A stretch of 64,000 nt of DNA from the human T2T-CHM13v2.0 reference genome, Homo sapiens (GCA_009914755.4 CP068257.2:35104001-35168000), one strand, 5' to 3'. Counted from the first letter of the stretch, positions 26,561-42,310 are shown. A program made the numbers and translations. Notes: generated by a model not told the origin, from the letters alone.

Positions 26561-29335
26561 CGGGCTTCACGCGTCTTGCCTTGTCCCCAACGTTCCACAA
26601 CAGTCCCGCTGGGGGATTGAAGCGGTTTCACTCCGCAAATATCCTCCACTTTCAGGAGGGAAAACCCACCCTACCACAGTCCGCTCTTCCAAGTGGACGG
26701 CAGACCTGGGAGGGGACGCCTGTGTCACGAGCCCTTTTAGATGCTTAGGTGAAGGCAGAAGTGATGATTGTAAGTCCCATGAATACACAACTCCACTGTC
26801 TTTAAAAGTCATTCAAGAGTCTCATTATTTTTGTTTTTATTTAACCCTTTCTTCAATACAAAAAGCCAACAAACCAAGACTAAGGGGGTGACCATGCAAT
26901 TCCATTTTGTGTCTGTGAACATAGGTGTGCTTCCCAAATACATTAACAAGCTCTTACTTCCCCCTAACCCCTATGAACTCTTGATAACACCAAGAGTAGC
27001 ACCTTCAGAATATATTGAATAGGCATTAAATGCAAAAATATATATGTAGCCAGACAGTTTATGAGAATGACCCTGTCAAGCTTCATTATTACGTGGCAAA
27101 ATCCCTCTGGCCCACACAGATCTGTAATTCACTAGGCTCGTGTTTGCTACAAATAGTGCTAATAAAGTTAAATTGCACGTGCAATACGGAACACTGTCAA
27201 TGGACTGCACCTTGTGAAGGAAAAACATGCTTAAGGGGGTGTAATGAAAATGATGTAGACATTTTAAGCATTTTCTACACAGCGAGAAAACTTCGTAAGA
27301 ACATGTTACGTGTGCAACAGGTAAACAGAAATCCTTTCATAAAGCACCAGCAGTGTTTAAAAAATGAGCTTCCATTAATTTTTACTTTTTATGGGTTTTG
27401 CTTAAAGATCTCAACATGGAAAAATCCTGCCATGGCTCTGAACTGCACAATGCATTGAACCGCCGTCCTTCAATTTTCTTCACACTATCAACACTGCAGC
27501 ATTTTGCTGCTTTATCAAAATGGTTTATTTTAGGAAACTTTTTCCACCTTTCTGAATGGAAAGAGGTTTTCACAAATGTTTTAAACTCATCGTTCTAAAA
27601 TCAAGTGCACCTACACCAACTGCTCTCAAAATGTGAACTGACTTTTTTTTTTTTTTTTTGCCAACCCTGTGTCACTTAGTGAGGACCTGACACAATCCCT
27701 ACAGGGTGTCTGTCAGTGGGCCTCATGGTAAGAGTCACAATTTGCAAATTTAGGACCGTGGGTCATGCAGCGAAGGGGCTGGATGGTAGGAAGGGATGTG
27801 CCCGCCTCTCCACGCACTCAGCTATACCTCATTCACAGCTCCTTGTGAGTGTGTGCACAGGAAATAAGCCGAGGGTATTATTTTTTTATGTTCATGAGTC
27901 TTGTAATTAAACCGTGATTCTTGAAAGGTGTAGGTTTGATTACTAGGAGATACCACCGACATTTTTCAATAAAGTACTGCAAAATGCTTTTGTGTCTACC
28001 TTGTTATTAACTTTTGGGGCTGTATTTAGTAAAAATAAATCAAGGCTATCGGAGCAGTTCAATAACAAAGGTTACTGTTGAGAAAAAAGACCCTATCATA
28101 GATTTACAAGTGACAACGTGGACAGGCGTAACAGAGTGTGTATGTACTTGAAAATGTGTACTAGTGAAAACGTCCTTGTCTAAACAAACTTCGTTTTCAT
28201 AACCTAGAACATGAAGGAAGATTCTTACACGAGCTGGCTTCAGGACGGCCAGGGCTGAGTGTGAAGTCAGCAGAGCTGTTACTGTGGCAACCTAATATTG
28301 TGACCTCCATCTTGAAGAGTCTGCACATTTAAGCTGGGGATAGCGTTTCTTGACTTCTGTGAGGCTCCGGCAGGGGAAGAGGAAGCATTTTAATACATAT
28401 GCCTCTCTTTTACAAAAAAGAAAAAAAAATCATCGTAGGCCCTAACATGTACCATGTTGACAAAAATGCCAGATCAAATGGATTTGAGAAATAAGCCCAA
28501 TTCAAGGCTGGCTCAGCCCTCCACGGGGCCTCCCAGGGAAAGGAATTCCTTTATGTTCTTGGAAGCCCTTTTCTAGAAAAGCCATTCCATTCATACCTTT
28601 GTAGAGCAGTGGGCTGGGTGTGGAGGGCAGCGCGGAGGGTATCTGCAAGAGCCTGTATTTTCCGCCTCCCTTGCCCCCACTCCTTTTATCCTTTTAAAAG
28701 TCCTATCAGCCCTGCCTTCGTCCCTTCCGCCCTAAGCCCTAAGAGTGGGGGAGGTTTAATACGGCCAATGGATCTTGTATAAAGTCTACGTAAGTTTTAA
28801 TTTACCAGAGCTATAAGATGGTTAAGGTAGACTAGTGGGGACTGCTACAGATAAAATGAGATACAAAGAACATTTGCAAATAAATGCCATAAAATTACAG
28901 TAGCTTGGAATTTTAGTGAATCATGGCCCTTGTGTTATCTAGAATGCTAATTATTCAAGCTGTTCCTAAACTTAAGTATGACATATAAGATTAAAATCTT
29001 GGGGGGAAAAACTGTTCAGATGAAAAGTCAAGTCAAGAAGTTTCCACAAAAGAAAAGAAAAATCCTAAAAACAATCTAGCTGTTGTTACATTAAATTTAT
29101 TTCTCACCTCCATTAAAAGGGTTTTTGCTTTGGAGTTTTGTTAACTTTCGTTCTTTGGAGTAATAATATTTCTCTTGTGTATGGCACTGAATACATTTGT
29201 CAATAATACGTCAAAAAAAAAAACACTTGGCTTCTTAATACTTGGAAATACGTACATATTCCTTACTATGTAAAACACTTTATTTATTTTGTAAAAATAT
29301 GTTTAAATATGAATAAAAATACTGTAACCCAAAGT
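26287..29335 (+). other. SIM2: SIM2 3'UTR. Its extent is uncertain. Candidate poly(A) signals lie at 28035-28040 (proximal) and 29312-29317 (distal, followed by a GU/U-rich stretch).
   Basis: The region follows the stop codon directly. It contains AATAAA hexamers and is AU-rich. No splice signals were found that would indicate further exons. Confidence 0.45.
29312..29317 (+). terminator. SIM2: Candidate distal SIM2 polyadenylation signal, AATAAA.
   Basis: A canonical hexamer sits within an AU-rich block (tatttattttgtaaaaatatgtttaaatatgaataaaaat) and is followed by a U-rich stretch. Confidence 0.35.
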
Positions 29336-30239
29336 AGTTGCCTACTTTTAAAAATGAAACTTGTAAAAATAAGAGGGAGCCCAAACCACATAGAAAGTCT
29401 TAGTTTATTTTGGTAGACTTGCTTTTTATAGGCATTGGTTTAAAGTGATTCTTTTCAGAGACATCCTTTGAGAAGTTAAAATTGCAGAGGCTTACGCTTT
29501 CTTTTATTTCAAATATGCATAGTGATTAACCAGGAATAAGGATTCTCCCATGTTCTGCCTGTTAAGAGCAAACAGATCTGGAGAACGGAAGCCCACCCTG
29601 CCTCCCTTTTCCATCTGAAGCAGTGCGGGGAGGCTGGCTCCTCTCTTTGTTCCCAGACTCCAGGGCAAGGGGCGACCATGCTGTATATGCTGTGCCTTGG
29701 GGGACCCCCAGAGGCTGCGCTCTGTGGCCTGTGCTCCCCCGACCTGTGCACCCGCACCCCAGTCGGCCACTTGCTCTCACATCAGGCAACGTCAGCCTGC
29801 TGCAGTGAAACTCAACCATGATTTTCCTTTGCACACAAATCCTTCCTACTTCCACCACTCCCTAGCAGAGTTCCCAGTGCCAGAGAGCACTGCTGGGGTG
29901 GGGGTGGGGACAGGAAGCCCAGTTATTGCTGTGTTCTATTTTAGGGGGCACTTCCTCAAGAGTCCCCTTGAAACCCGTTACCAGCCTGGAAGGGAGGATA
30001 TCTTGCCTTTTACAAAATACGGTCGATACTCAATGCACAGCCTCTAAAACAAGGGCTACTCCAGTGTTCTAAAAGCACACGCCAATCCTGAGTTTAGTGA
30101 CCACATTTTAAAGATCATCAGGAAAATGCCAAGTTCCCATTAAGACTTTAAAGCTCCTTGAGATCCCAGGTTGCGGGGTGCATAAATGGCCCAAATCGGA
30201 GAGTGTGCTATAGCAGGTAGACAGGTTTCGCTAACACGA

Positions 30240-32440
30240 ACAGCTATCAGTAAAATGCCTTTATTCAGCTAATTCTATAGAAGCGGAGTTTTGAGAGTCT
30301 TTGGTTCATGTGAGGCAAAATCAGGTTTATGGAAAACGCAGCATCTGCTTCAAGGCTGCTTCATCTCTCTCAGGACAACTGAGTCTCCTGCGTGAGGGAG
30401 GAGCGCCTGCTGGAAAGCACAGAGCACAGCAGTATGCCCGGAACATCTCCATAGCCTTTGACAAGGCCACACTTCATTAGTTTTAATTTGCAGAAAGGAA
30501 ATTAAATGATAACATTTTTTCCCAAAGCAGAGTGTCCAGAATAGGACTTCAGCTTAAAACAAAACATAGCATGTTTTTCATTAAATAACCCCCAAAGAAA
30601 TTCAAAAAGTGATGATGGCAGCTCTGAGAGAGGGCTTGCCTTATATTACAAAGTCTGAGAAATGAAACCTACATCGTTAGCCTCGAGATCTTTGTCCCTG
30701 ATGATATTCTGCAGATGCCCTCTCAAGGGTAAGTCCATTTTGTAATTTGGGGATGGTGTGGACTTGTATTTTACTTAAGTTTCTAACTAATTTTGAAAGA
30801 AGGCTTGGGCATTTGGAGAAGAGTGGTTTTTTTTGTGTTTTTTGTTTGTTTGTTTTTTGAGAAAAATAATTCTAATTGAAGCCTCATTTCCAAAAATTAC
30901 TTTTTAAGTTCTTTTAATGTTTCATTTCCAAAAAATATATATTGGGTATTTTTTCATAGGGCTGTCCTGTGCCTGGCTAAAGGTAGACAGACTATACTAA
31001 AAACCACAAGTTTCTGGAATTAGCCTGACTGGGTAAGACCTGGATAAAGATGGTGCTAGTTTACAATGAAGGGATTTTGTTCAAAGCTGAAAGCTCCATC
31101 AAACTTTCTTTCCACTAATTTCAGCTGGGACTGGAAGAGAGAAAACTGGACAAAAATTGGCCTTTTAAAAAGCTGAAAAGTAATGAGTATGATTCATAAG
31201 TTCAACAGAGATAGGAGGGACATGGAAAAGGCATGGCGTACATCTGGGAATAGCGAATGCATATCAAAAGGCTTCATTTCTTTTGTTCTTTCATGAGGCT
31301 TGTAGCACATCAAATTTTGAATGTCTTCTTTTAAAGCTATGTGCGCACACACGCACGCACACACATATGCGGGCACACACACACATCCTCCCTCTGAACT
31401 GATGGTGTTTAGTATCGATAACATTTTCTTTCTTGGTAATACGAGGTAAATGAGGGGGGCAAAAACTTATGACTTCTGAGTAAAATGCCATGTCTTCTAT
31501 ATTCCGTGAGCTGCACAGTCTTGCAGGAATGCTCCACATTTCAGAGTAAATCTGAAACTGGCTTAAAAGCTCCAAATCCTCCCTTGTATGTGGTATGAGT
31601 GTGCCTTCATCTCCAGCTGTCAGAGCCAAATCGCCCACCTCCTCATCCAAGTGATGCCTAATCAGACATTTAAGGATTCTGAACTTGATCCTGTCTCTTC
31701 ACAATATGTAGTAAATTTAAACTTACTTAAGAAAGTCAGTCCCTAACTAAGGACATTTAAACTTCCTTAGGAAAGGAGAGCTCACTGAATGATGTCAAAG
31801 TAATGAACTGATTTCCTCTACAAGGTCACTGCAACCACACCAGCTAGCTCTATCTCTACAGGCATTTAGACTTCGCTATGGGGCCACACCACCGGGTGGA
31901 CAGTAACTCTTGGAAGTCTGTCTTCCCTTTTCTTCATTAATAAAAACACAGAACAATGACTAAGTGTCCAAGCATGTTCTTACAGTTCAGTACCTCCCCA
32001 GATGCTTACAAACAGTGATAGCATACCTCTAACTCACCACTGGCCTGGGCGCAAGAGCATATTTTGGTTTGTTTTTTCATAGACTAGGGGTAAAGGTCTG
32101 CACTACTAAGAAAATATCTGAATTTTCCCATTGTCATTTCCATGTAAAAACTCCCCTTGACAATAAACGTAAGTCCAAGCCACAGAGGGGAGAGCAATTT
32201 CCCACCTGTGGGAGGGCTTTCCCTAAACTAAATTTTCTACTTCTTAACCATCTATCCCAGAGCCTCTTCAAACACCAAAGAAAACGACAACAAAACAAAC
32301 CTAAAAACAAACAGAAACACAGAAAAAGAACAAAGACTTAACAAATGAATTGGAGGAAAAGAAAATTCACCTACAACTCTAAATTAGATTTCCAGATGCA
32401 TGGGCACGGACAGGCAGCCGCGTCTCGGGGACGCCCGGCA
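30240..32440 (-). other. HLCS: HLCS 3'UTR. The 3' end is uncertain. A candidate AATAAA on the minus strand (TTTATT on plus) lies at 30260-30265, and the UTR may extend further, towards ~28.8 kb.
   Basis: The region lies downstream of the TAA stop on the minus strand. It is non-repetitive and AU-rich. HLCS is known to have a long 3'UTR. Confidence 0.4.
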
Positions 32441-32857
<417 letters not shown>

Positions 32858-33251
32858 TCACTCCTCCTAATTCTGGTCATCTGCGGTGATGGCTGGAACC
32901 ACTTCCTCACCTCCCAGCGCTTTTAAGAAACACTGTGCAACTCTAGGTTTTTTGGCTGAGATTGGAGGAAAATAGGCCGAGTTGGCAAACAATGTTTTAT
33001 CTTATAAAACAAAGTTGGCTCATATCAGCCACAAGTGAAACTCATCCTGATCCTACTTCTTTTGAATATTTTCCAAATGTACTCAAGTCACGTCCTTCTT
33101 AACAGCTTTCGAAGTATAGAATTTTCTCAAGTTTTTATTTTGAAGAATTTTAAATCTAAAGAAAAGCTGAAAGAATAGTGCAACAAACCTCATATTCTCT
33201 TCCATTCTCACACCAAATGAAAATATTTTCTGTATTTGCTTTCTTTCTTCA

Positions 33252-33613
<362 letters not shown>

Positions 33614-34351
33614 AAAAAAGTTTTTTAAAAGCTGCAGGCATTGTGACACTTTCTGCTTAAATACTTTATCTCCTGAGAACAAGAACCTCCCATAAAATTA
33701 TAATAGCATTAACTATGACCACTCAAGAAAGTCTGGATACAAACGGTCCATGTTCACGTCATTCCCACTGTCCTTTTAATATCCTTTGTGGCTATTTCCC
33801 TCCATCCAGGATCACACACATTACATTTAGATGTCATGCCTCTTTCGTCTTCTCTAATCCCAAACAATTCTGCCACCTTCTTTTGGTCTAATTGTTTGTG
33901 CGCAGACCTGACATTTTTGCAGGGCACAGGCCTGTTGTTGTGGAATCAGTGAGCGGTCCTCGGACTTCAGCTGCATGAGAATCCCTGGAGTATCTGTTAT
34001 GACACAGGGTGCTGGGCCCAGCCCAGGGGTTTCTGATGCAGTAGCCCCTGGTTGAGGCTGAGGCTGCTTCCTGGGATCTCACTTTGAGAACCACTGTTAC
34101 CTGGAAGGTTTGACAATTTAGATGCGTCTATTGTTTCCTCACAATTAGAATCAGATTAAACCAATGTTAAACTCTCTCACTATTTCGGTTCTTCCCATCG
34201 CATCCCACCAGGAGGCATAAGATGCCCGTTTGCTCCATTACTTGTGATGCTAACTTGGTCAAGGTGGTGTCCCTGCAGTTTCTCTAACAGAGACACAGAA
34301 AATAATCATTCAGACCAGTGCTCGGTCCCTCATTTTAAGATACTGAACTAC

Positions 34352-34673
34352 GGCCGGGCGCGGTGGCTCACACCTGTAATCCCAGCACTTTGGGAGGCCA
34401 AGGCGGGCAGATCACAAGGTCAGGAGATCGAGACCATCCTGGCTAACACAGTGAAACCCCACCTCCACTAAAAATACAAAAAATTAGCCGGGTGTGGCGG
34501 CGGGCACCTGTAGTCCCAGCTACTCAGGTGACTGAGACGAGAGACTGAGGCAGGAGAATGGCGTGAACCCGGGAGGCGGAGCTTGCAGTGAGCCAAGATC
34601 ATGCCACTGCACTCCAGCCTGGGCGACAGAGTGAGACTCCGTCTCAAAAAAAAAAAAAAAAAAAAAAAAAAAA
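34352..34673 (+). mobile_element. Alu SINE (AluY-like) with a long A-tail, in the last HLCS intron.
   Basis: The element begins ggccgggcgcggtggctcacacctgtaat and ends in ~30 A's. Confidence 0.92.
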
Positions 34674-34696
34674 GATACAGAACTACTAAGATACTA

Positions 34697-35062
<366 letters not shown>

Positions 35063-36287
35063 TCATTTCAGATTTCGTGTCTCTAACCACTTGAAGAGTG
35101 ACATGTATTTCTGTCCATCTTCCTTTTTGTCCTTCTTTTATTATTCTTGTTCAAGCTAAAACCATCTCAACCTTACTGCAAATAAAAAGGTGGGAAAAAA
35201 GAAAGCCACATTTGATTCAATTTAATTCAATAGAAGCTATTAAATATGGGACAAAACGTATCAGTGTTGCCTCTGAAATAAGTGGTCTACCAAGCATTGT
35301 AGCTCTGCACTGAGTCCAGGAGAGAATAAAATCTCTGGTTTCTTCTCCTGCTTGAATAACAGATCCCACGCTTGAAAATAGAGTTTTATTCAGGACTTGG
35401 GAAGTAAACTCTGGACTCAGAGATTTCAAACCTTGGTCATGGCATAACCCTAGAAATGCATCTTTTAATACTTTATTCTTGGAAGTCTTTGGTGCTAAGG
35501 TTACGCTGTTGGCAAGACGCCGACTCATGTTCAGTGGCTTTTTGCAGGGTCCTAAACCAAGGCTTCATGAGAGTTACCAGGGATGGTGTCTGAATAGGCT
35601 TATCTGTGCAGTTACTTAACACCACTATCCTCTCCAGGCAGAGGGCGGTGTCTTCAGAAAAGCTGGACTTCAGTGTTCAGCAGGGCCCTGAATCGGCCTG
35701 CGAGAGGTCTTCAGTAAGAAATGAAATACTGCAAAAACTAAGCAGTAAGAAAACTACCATGTTTTCAGTGACTTTAAGAAAAAAAATCCCCAAAACATTC
35801 GCCACAGGCAGAACAATGCCATTTGTAACAACAGCCTTCCCGGCAAGTGTCCTGCCGTTTCCAGTGTGAAGGGAAGGATTGACTGGTCTCAGATTTTAAA
35901 ACAATATACTGGCTATTAAAATACAAAGCAATTGTCAATTACCTCTGGAAAAAAGACAAGTAACTACAGCAACAGGGGCAGGACTTGCAGTTGCTCACGT
36001 ATTCATTCATTCAATACATACAGGATCTGAAGCACCTACTGAACGTTCGTAAGGCATTAAATCAAGTGCTGTACAGCACTGAAAATTCTCCCGTGTTCAG
36101 AAAACTGGAATTCCTAGGAGGAGTAGCAACACTCACTACTGGCCACTTAGGCTATGTCCTTCTAAGGACCGGTGAGCACCCTGCTGGCTGCTCTGAATCC
36201 CCAAAGTCAGAGACCCCATCCTATGGCCTTCAGAATTCAATAAAAGCTATGGGTTCTCACCATAGGAAAATGTTTCATTCCCCTACT

Positions 36288-36603
36288 TTATTTTTTATTT
36301 TTATTTATTTATTTTTTGGAGACGGGGTCTCACTCCAGTTGCCCAGACTGGAGTGCAGTGGAGCCCTCATAGCGCACTGCAGCCTCAACCTCCTGAGCTC
36401 AGGTGATTTTCCCATCTCAGCCTCCTGAGTAGCTAGGACTACAGGCAGGCACCACCACGCCCAGCTAATTTTTTGTATTTTTAGTGGAGACAGGGTTTCG
36501 CCATGTCACTCAGGCTGGTCTCGATCTCCTGGACTCAAGCAATCCACCCACCTCAGGCTCCTGAAGTGCTGGGATTACAGGCATTGAGCCACCACACCTG
36601 GCC
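36288..36603 (-). mobile_element. Alu SINE
   Basis: The sequence is the reverse complement of the Alu consensus. Confidence 0.9.
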
Positions 36604-36606
36604 TAT

Positions 36607-36771
36607 TTTTTATGTTTTATTTTTGAAACAGGGTCTCACTCTGTCATCCAGAATGGAGTGGAGTGGCTCGATCAAAGCTCACTGTAGCCTTGAACTCCTG
36701 GGCTCAAGTGATCTACCTGCCTCAGTCTCGCAAGTAGCTGGGATTATGAGCTCAAGCCACTACGCCTGGCC
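36607..36771 (-). mobile_element. Truncated or internally deleted Alu, directly abutting the previous Alu.
   Basis: The sequence is the reverse complement of an Alu right arm plus a left-arm end (ctcaagccactacgcctggcc). Confidence 0.75.
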
Positions 36772-36896
36772 TTCGCTTACCCCACGCTGATAACATTTGT
36801 TAGCTCCCTGAAGCCATCCATGAGCCTGCTTGTGGCCCCTACCTAGGAATCTCTGCATCAACTGCAATTACTCACTTAAAGATAGGAAATGGGGGA

Positions 36897-37191
36897 GACT
36901 GGGCAAGTGGCTCACGTCTGTAATGCCAGCACTCTGGGAGGCCGAGGCGGGCGGATCATGAGTTCAGGAGTTTGATACCAGCCTGGCCAACATAGTGAAA
37001 CCCTGTGTCTACTAAAAATACAAAAAAATTAGCTGGGTGTGGTGGCGGGCACCTGTTCTCCCAGCTACTTGGGAGGCTGAGGCAAGGAGAATCACTTGAA
37101 CCTGGGAGGCGGAGGCTGCAGTGAGCCGAGATTGCACCACTGCATTCCAGCCCGGGCAACAGTGCTGGACTCCATTTCAAAAAAAAAAAAA
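36897..37191 (+). mobile_element. Alu SINE flanked by a 12-bp target-site duplication (gataggaaatgg).
   Basis: The sequence matches the Alu consensus. The duplication is at 36882-36893 and 37192-37203. Confidence 0.9.
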
Positions 37192-37889
37192 GATAGGAAA
37201 TGGAGCTTTAAGGGTATGAAGTAGCTTGCCTAGAATAATATTGCCCCTTGGTGGCAGAGCTGGTAACACAGGCCTTGTATTCCCTGGCTGGCACTTGAAA
37301 CACATGGTTACATGTTTTTTGACCATTGCTGGTTTCTGAACACAGATTAGGTTCTACTGCCACAGAGTGAGGCTGATGACTGGACGGCCAGGAACCTAAG
37401 GACTTCTGAGATTGCCTCTGAATCCATCTTCTTGCCTGATTTGGATGTGCTAAGGTGAAACAGGGATTCTTTACCCCGCCTTGACCAGCATGGAGCTTCT
37501 TCTGAAGGTTAAAATGATGCCAGCTCTTTCATGGCCCAGGAAGGTCACGATAAGAATGCAAGACACCAGGAGAACTATTTAGGAAATTAACTTTTCTTTT
37601 TCTTATTACAGAATAGAACGTTAAATGTTTATTTTCACCATTTCAAATTCAATGAGTAGCAGGAGTGTGGAAGGATGTAGGAACATACCTGTTTGATGTG
37701 ATACCACTTTGGTGGTTCCCGTGGTCACACACAGAAAATGCCAAACCCTGTGAAGTGCTTTCGACCAATCTCTCTGCATCTATACCCTGCTCCAAAACTA
37801 CAAGACTCAAAGTAACCTCATATGATAATCTGCTCCTGCCAATGTAGGCATGCATAAACCGTCTTTATTTTTATTGTTTTATTAATCTA

Positions 37890-38036
<147 letters not shown>

Positions 38037-38522
38037 CTAAAGGGAAATCTGCACATTAATTAAGCCGTCACAGGACACAAGGGGCCCAGGCAAGTCACTG
38101 AGCTAAGGGAAGATAAGCAGAAACCAAGGTAACATGGGCCTCGTCCTCTCCTCTTTTTCAGGCAGCTAATCACTTCTTTGGGACAATCCGATATTGAAGT
38201 GCCTCTTGGGGCCAGGAGGTAAAAGCCCTGAAGAACACAGTTGACATAAACCCCAGCATTCTTCCCCATCCCCCAGCACTGTTTCTCATCATCCAAAACC
38301 CTTTCTGAAGATGCTTACCTTGTAAATGAAGTTCATTATGTCAGTATCCACCACCACCACCACCATGGAGTAGCTAACTAACGTGCTAGGGCCAGAGGGT
38401 GGGGAGAGAATAGTAATCTCAGGGGGCGTCTCCCTTCAGGAACCCATGCTTGAGAGACAAAGATGGCCCTGAATTAACCAAGGTCACAAAAGGCAGGTAG
38501 AAATGTCTTGAGTAGCAGGCAG

Positions 38523-38876
<354 letters not shown>

Positions 38877-41140
38877 CTAATGGTCATCTTGGGTAATGGA
38901 ACTGGACTTGTCATGTGGCCTATTGCCTCTGCGTCTTGAATGGTGTGGCCTGGGGGTGGGGGGGCTCTCCCTGTCATCAGCTTACAGAATGGACCAACAC
39001 TGGACAGTGTCTCGAACAAGGCCACCCAGGCCTCTGCCTATCCACTGTGACTCTGAAGTTGGGACACAGAGACGGGGCTAGCCGAGTGGGTGTCAGAACC
39101 ACCAGGTCTTTTAGACCTCGGGCTGGCAGCCAGGCTGTGCCATGTGTGGGTAAAGGAAGCCTGTCTGGAGATGCAAGGCTGGAAGAGAACATTCAGCAAA
39201 ATAAAGCTAAGGGAGCAGAGAGTAGCTGATGGCCTCCAAGGGCCACGGGGCTGGTCTTCCCACGTTGCAGGCCGGGCATGGCACCAAGCACCTTCTCAGC
39301 ATTAGTCTACGTGTTACTCACACCCAGCCTATGTGTTGGTGCTAGCGCATCCCCAGGGAACAGAGGGAGAAACGGAAGCTTAGAGAAATTATGTGGCTTG
39401 CCTGAGGTTATAGCACTTGAAAGCCACGGAGCTAAAATTCAAACCTTTCTGCCACCAGGCCTGGGTGAGGAATCCTATGCTACGCGGCCTGTTGCTTCCA
39501 TGAAATCCCTTCCTCCTTCCAACAGGCCTTCTTTTGACTTCGGCCCGTTAGAGCATATTGGAAGCTCATCTGCCCTAAAACAGTAGTTTAGGCTGAGAGA
39601 AAAAATACAGGAATAGGAGCACAGGAGAACAAAAAGTCTAAGTAAACCAAGCATGGGGGGTGCGCAATGACCCAGAACTGATCAACAGCTTCACGTTTCT
39701 TTTCTCTCTAGAACGGGGGTTCTCAGTGGGAGAGGGGTGGATTTGGCGATACTGGGAGACTTCCCTGGTTGTCACAGCCTGAGGGAGTGCTACCGGCGTC
39801 TAGAGAGTAGAGGCCGCAATGCTGACACACATCCTTTAAGGCACAGGACATCCCCACGACAAACATGCCAGGGCCCACATATCAATAGCACTGGGCTGAG
39901 AAAGTCTCCTCTAGGAAACCTGTGTCTAGGAGGCTCTGCTCTTCATCACTGCCCCCAGTTCCCTTTCCTTCCCCTCTCTCGCCTTCCCACATCCCCCTGT
40001 GCCCACCACATGGCCAGGGGAATGAGCCCCTGCCTCGCCGGCGGGAGGACACCTGCAGAGTTCCCAGAGCTGTCAAGCTCCTCCGCCACGTGCGTGGCAG
40101 CTGGTGCCTGGGCGGGCCCTGCACTTGGGCTCCAGCTCGCCTTCATGGCTTCAGATCTCATCGGCTCATGAAGCAGCTCATGAAACTCTGGGTTCTCACG
40201 CAGGTAAACAGGACCAGCATTTCCACATGAAGAGGAGGACTGTGTGCTCATTTTTCATTTTCTCAATCATTTATTCCAACAGCTGCTGTGATCCTCCCAC
40301 ATAAAAAAAGACCAAAATGAAACAAATCCTGCTTTTGAAGAGCTGCTAACATCATGGGAGACGGAACAGGTGCACACATCACTCCTCTTCAAAGCCACAC
40401 GTGGTGGATACCCTAAAAGAGGCTTCAACATGGCAAGTGCTGGACAGTGCTGGAGGAAAGAGCTGGAAGTAGCTGGAGGGTCTGAGAATGGCACTGGAGC
40501 TGGGCCTTAAGGATGAACAGAATTTTAAGAAGCAGAGAAGAGAGCAGGGGTAGGGGTGTGTGGGTGGAGGGAGGGTGCGGGGCCCAGGGGGACTTCATGG
40601 ACAGAAGAAAGAGCAGGAGTGAGAATGGGCGGCCCAAGGCGAGTTCCGGAAGGAATGCCTGCATCCCAGCGAGGCCGCCTTGGGTCTGGGGAGGGTGGTC
40701 ATGATTTGTGTGCTGACGGTGACATCTGGTTAGGGACCACTTGGGGTCCTAGTGAAGGCCACACAAAAAGTGAAATCCAAACAACAGGGGCCTATTTCAA
40801 TCAAAGTAGCTGCACTGTGTCAGCTAACTTGACTATGTTAAAAAAGAAACCCAATTCAAAATCAAATGTCCCATCACACAGGTGAGGCTGGGTAGCTGAC
40901 TGCAGAAGAGGGAAAGAACATTGGTACAAGCTTCTTAAGGAGAACGGGAACACAAATTCCCCCGACCCCGTTCACCGCTGAAGGCAAGCTTCCCACTTCC
41001 ATCCTGGCCTCCAGCGCCTGGCGCACGCAGCCTCTGAGCACAGCAGGCCCTCAAAGAATGCTCGCTAAGGGAACTAGTGGGGCTCCAAGGTCAAAGTCAG
41101 AGCCATGAAAAAGCTAAACAGACCAAACAGACTCATTTAA

Positions 41141-41532
<392 letters not shown>

Positions 41533-42310
41533 TAGACAGAATGCACAGCTCAGGTGCTCAAGGCCGGGCACCTGAAGCCCTGTAATGGTGTGATGCCCCC
41601 AAACCATCAGATATGCAAGGATGCTGGGTGCCTGGTAGTAAGCGTCCGTTTCAGCGATGTGATGTAATACAGGAAACAGAGATGTCAGCATTAACTACAT
41701 CTGTGGAATACCAAAAATTCATACACAGCAAATACATCACAGAGGGATTTAAGGGGCAGTGAGAAGGACCTTTTCTTCAATGAAATGATGACAGGACCTC
41801 CAAGTCTCCTTTGAGAGTCACGCTCTTAACATCTTGCTTCAGGAATCAATCCAATCATTTCTCTTTAGCCTGACATAGGAGCTGCTGGGGGAGGGAGGCA
41901 GGAATCTCCTATTTATACCCATATGAAATTCTTCCAGGAACATTTGGGAGGGGGCTATGGGAAGTGAAGCCCAAGTAGGGAAGAAAATGCTTCGGTCACT
42001 GAGCTAATTGTTCCCTGTTGCTTGTCTTTTTAATAACTGACAACAAAACATCCAACAGTAATAAGGAAGCAGGCACACGGGTCCTAATAGCTGGGGGAAG
42101 ATGGCCCCAAGTGGATCTGCACATTGTATGTGGTCAACAGTGGATAAAGGATAGCTCTGCTAGAGCACAGAGTCTGGTAAACAGAAGTAGGAAATGAGAA
42201 AGGTTTTTAGGTCCCCAAATAACCCTTTTCAACAGAAAATGCAGATGAACAACTTCAATCCAGTCCAACAATCAAATCTCATCCAGTGCTTCAAACAAAA
42301 AACAAACATG

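Noticed and set aside
32069-32341. A 90-aa plus-strand ORF (basic, K/R/Q-rich) just downstream of the HLCS stop codon region.
   Set aside because: It lies within the HLCS 3'UTR on the opposite strand. It is A-rich low-complexity sequence with no splice or promoter signals.
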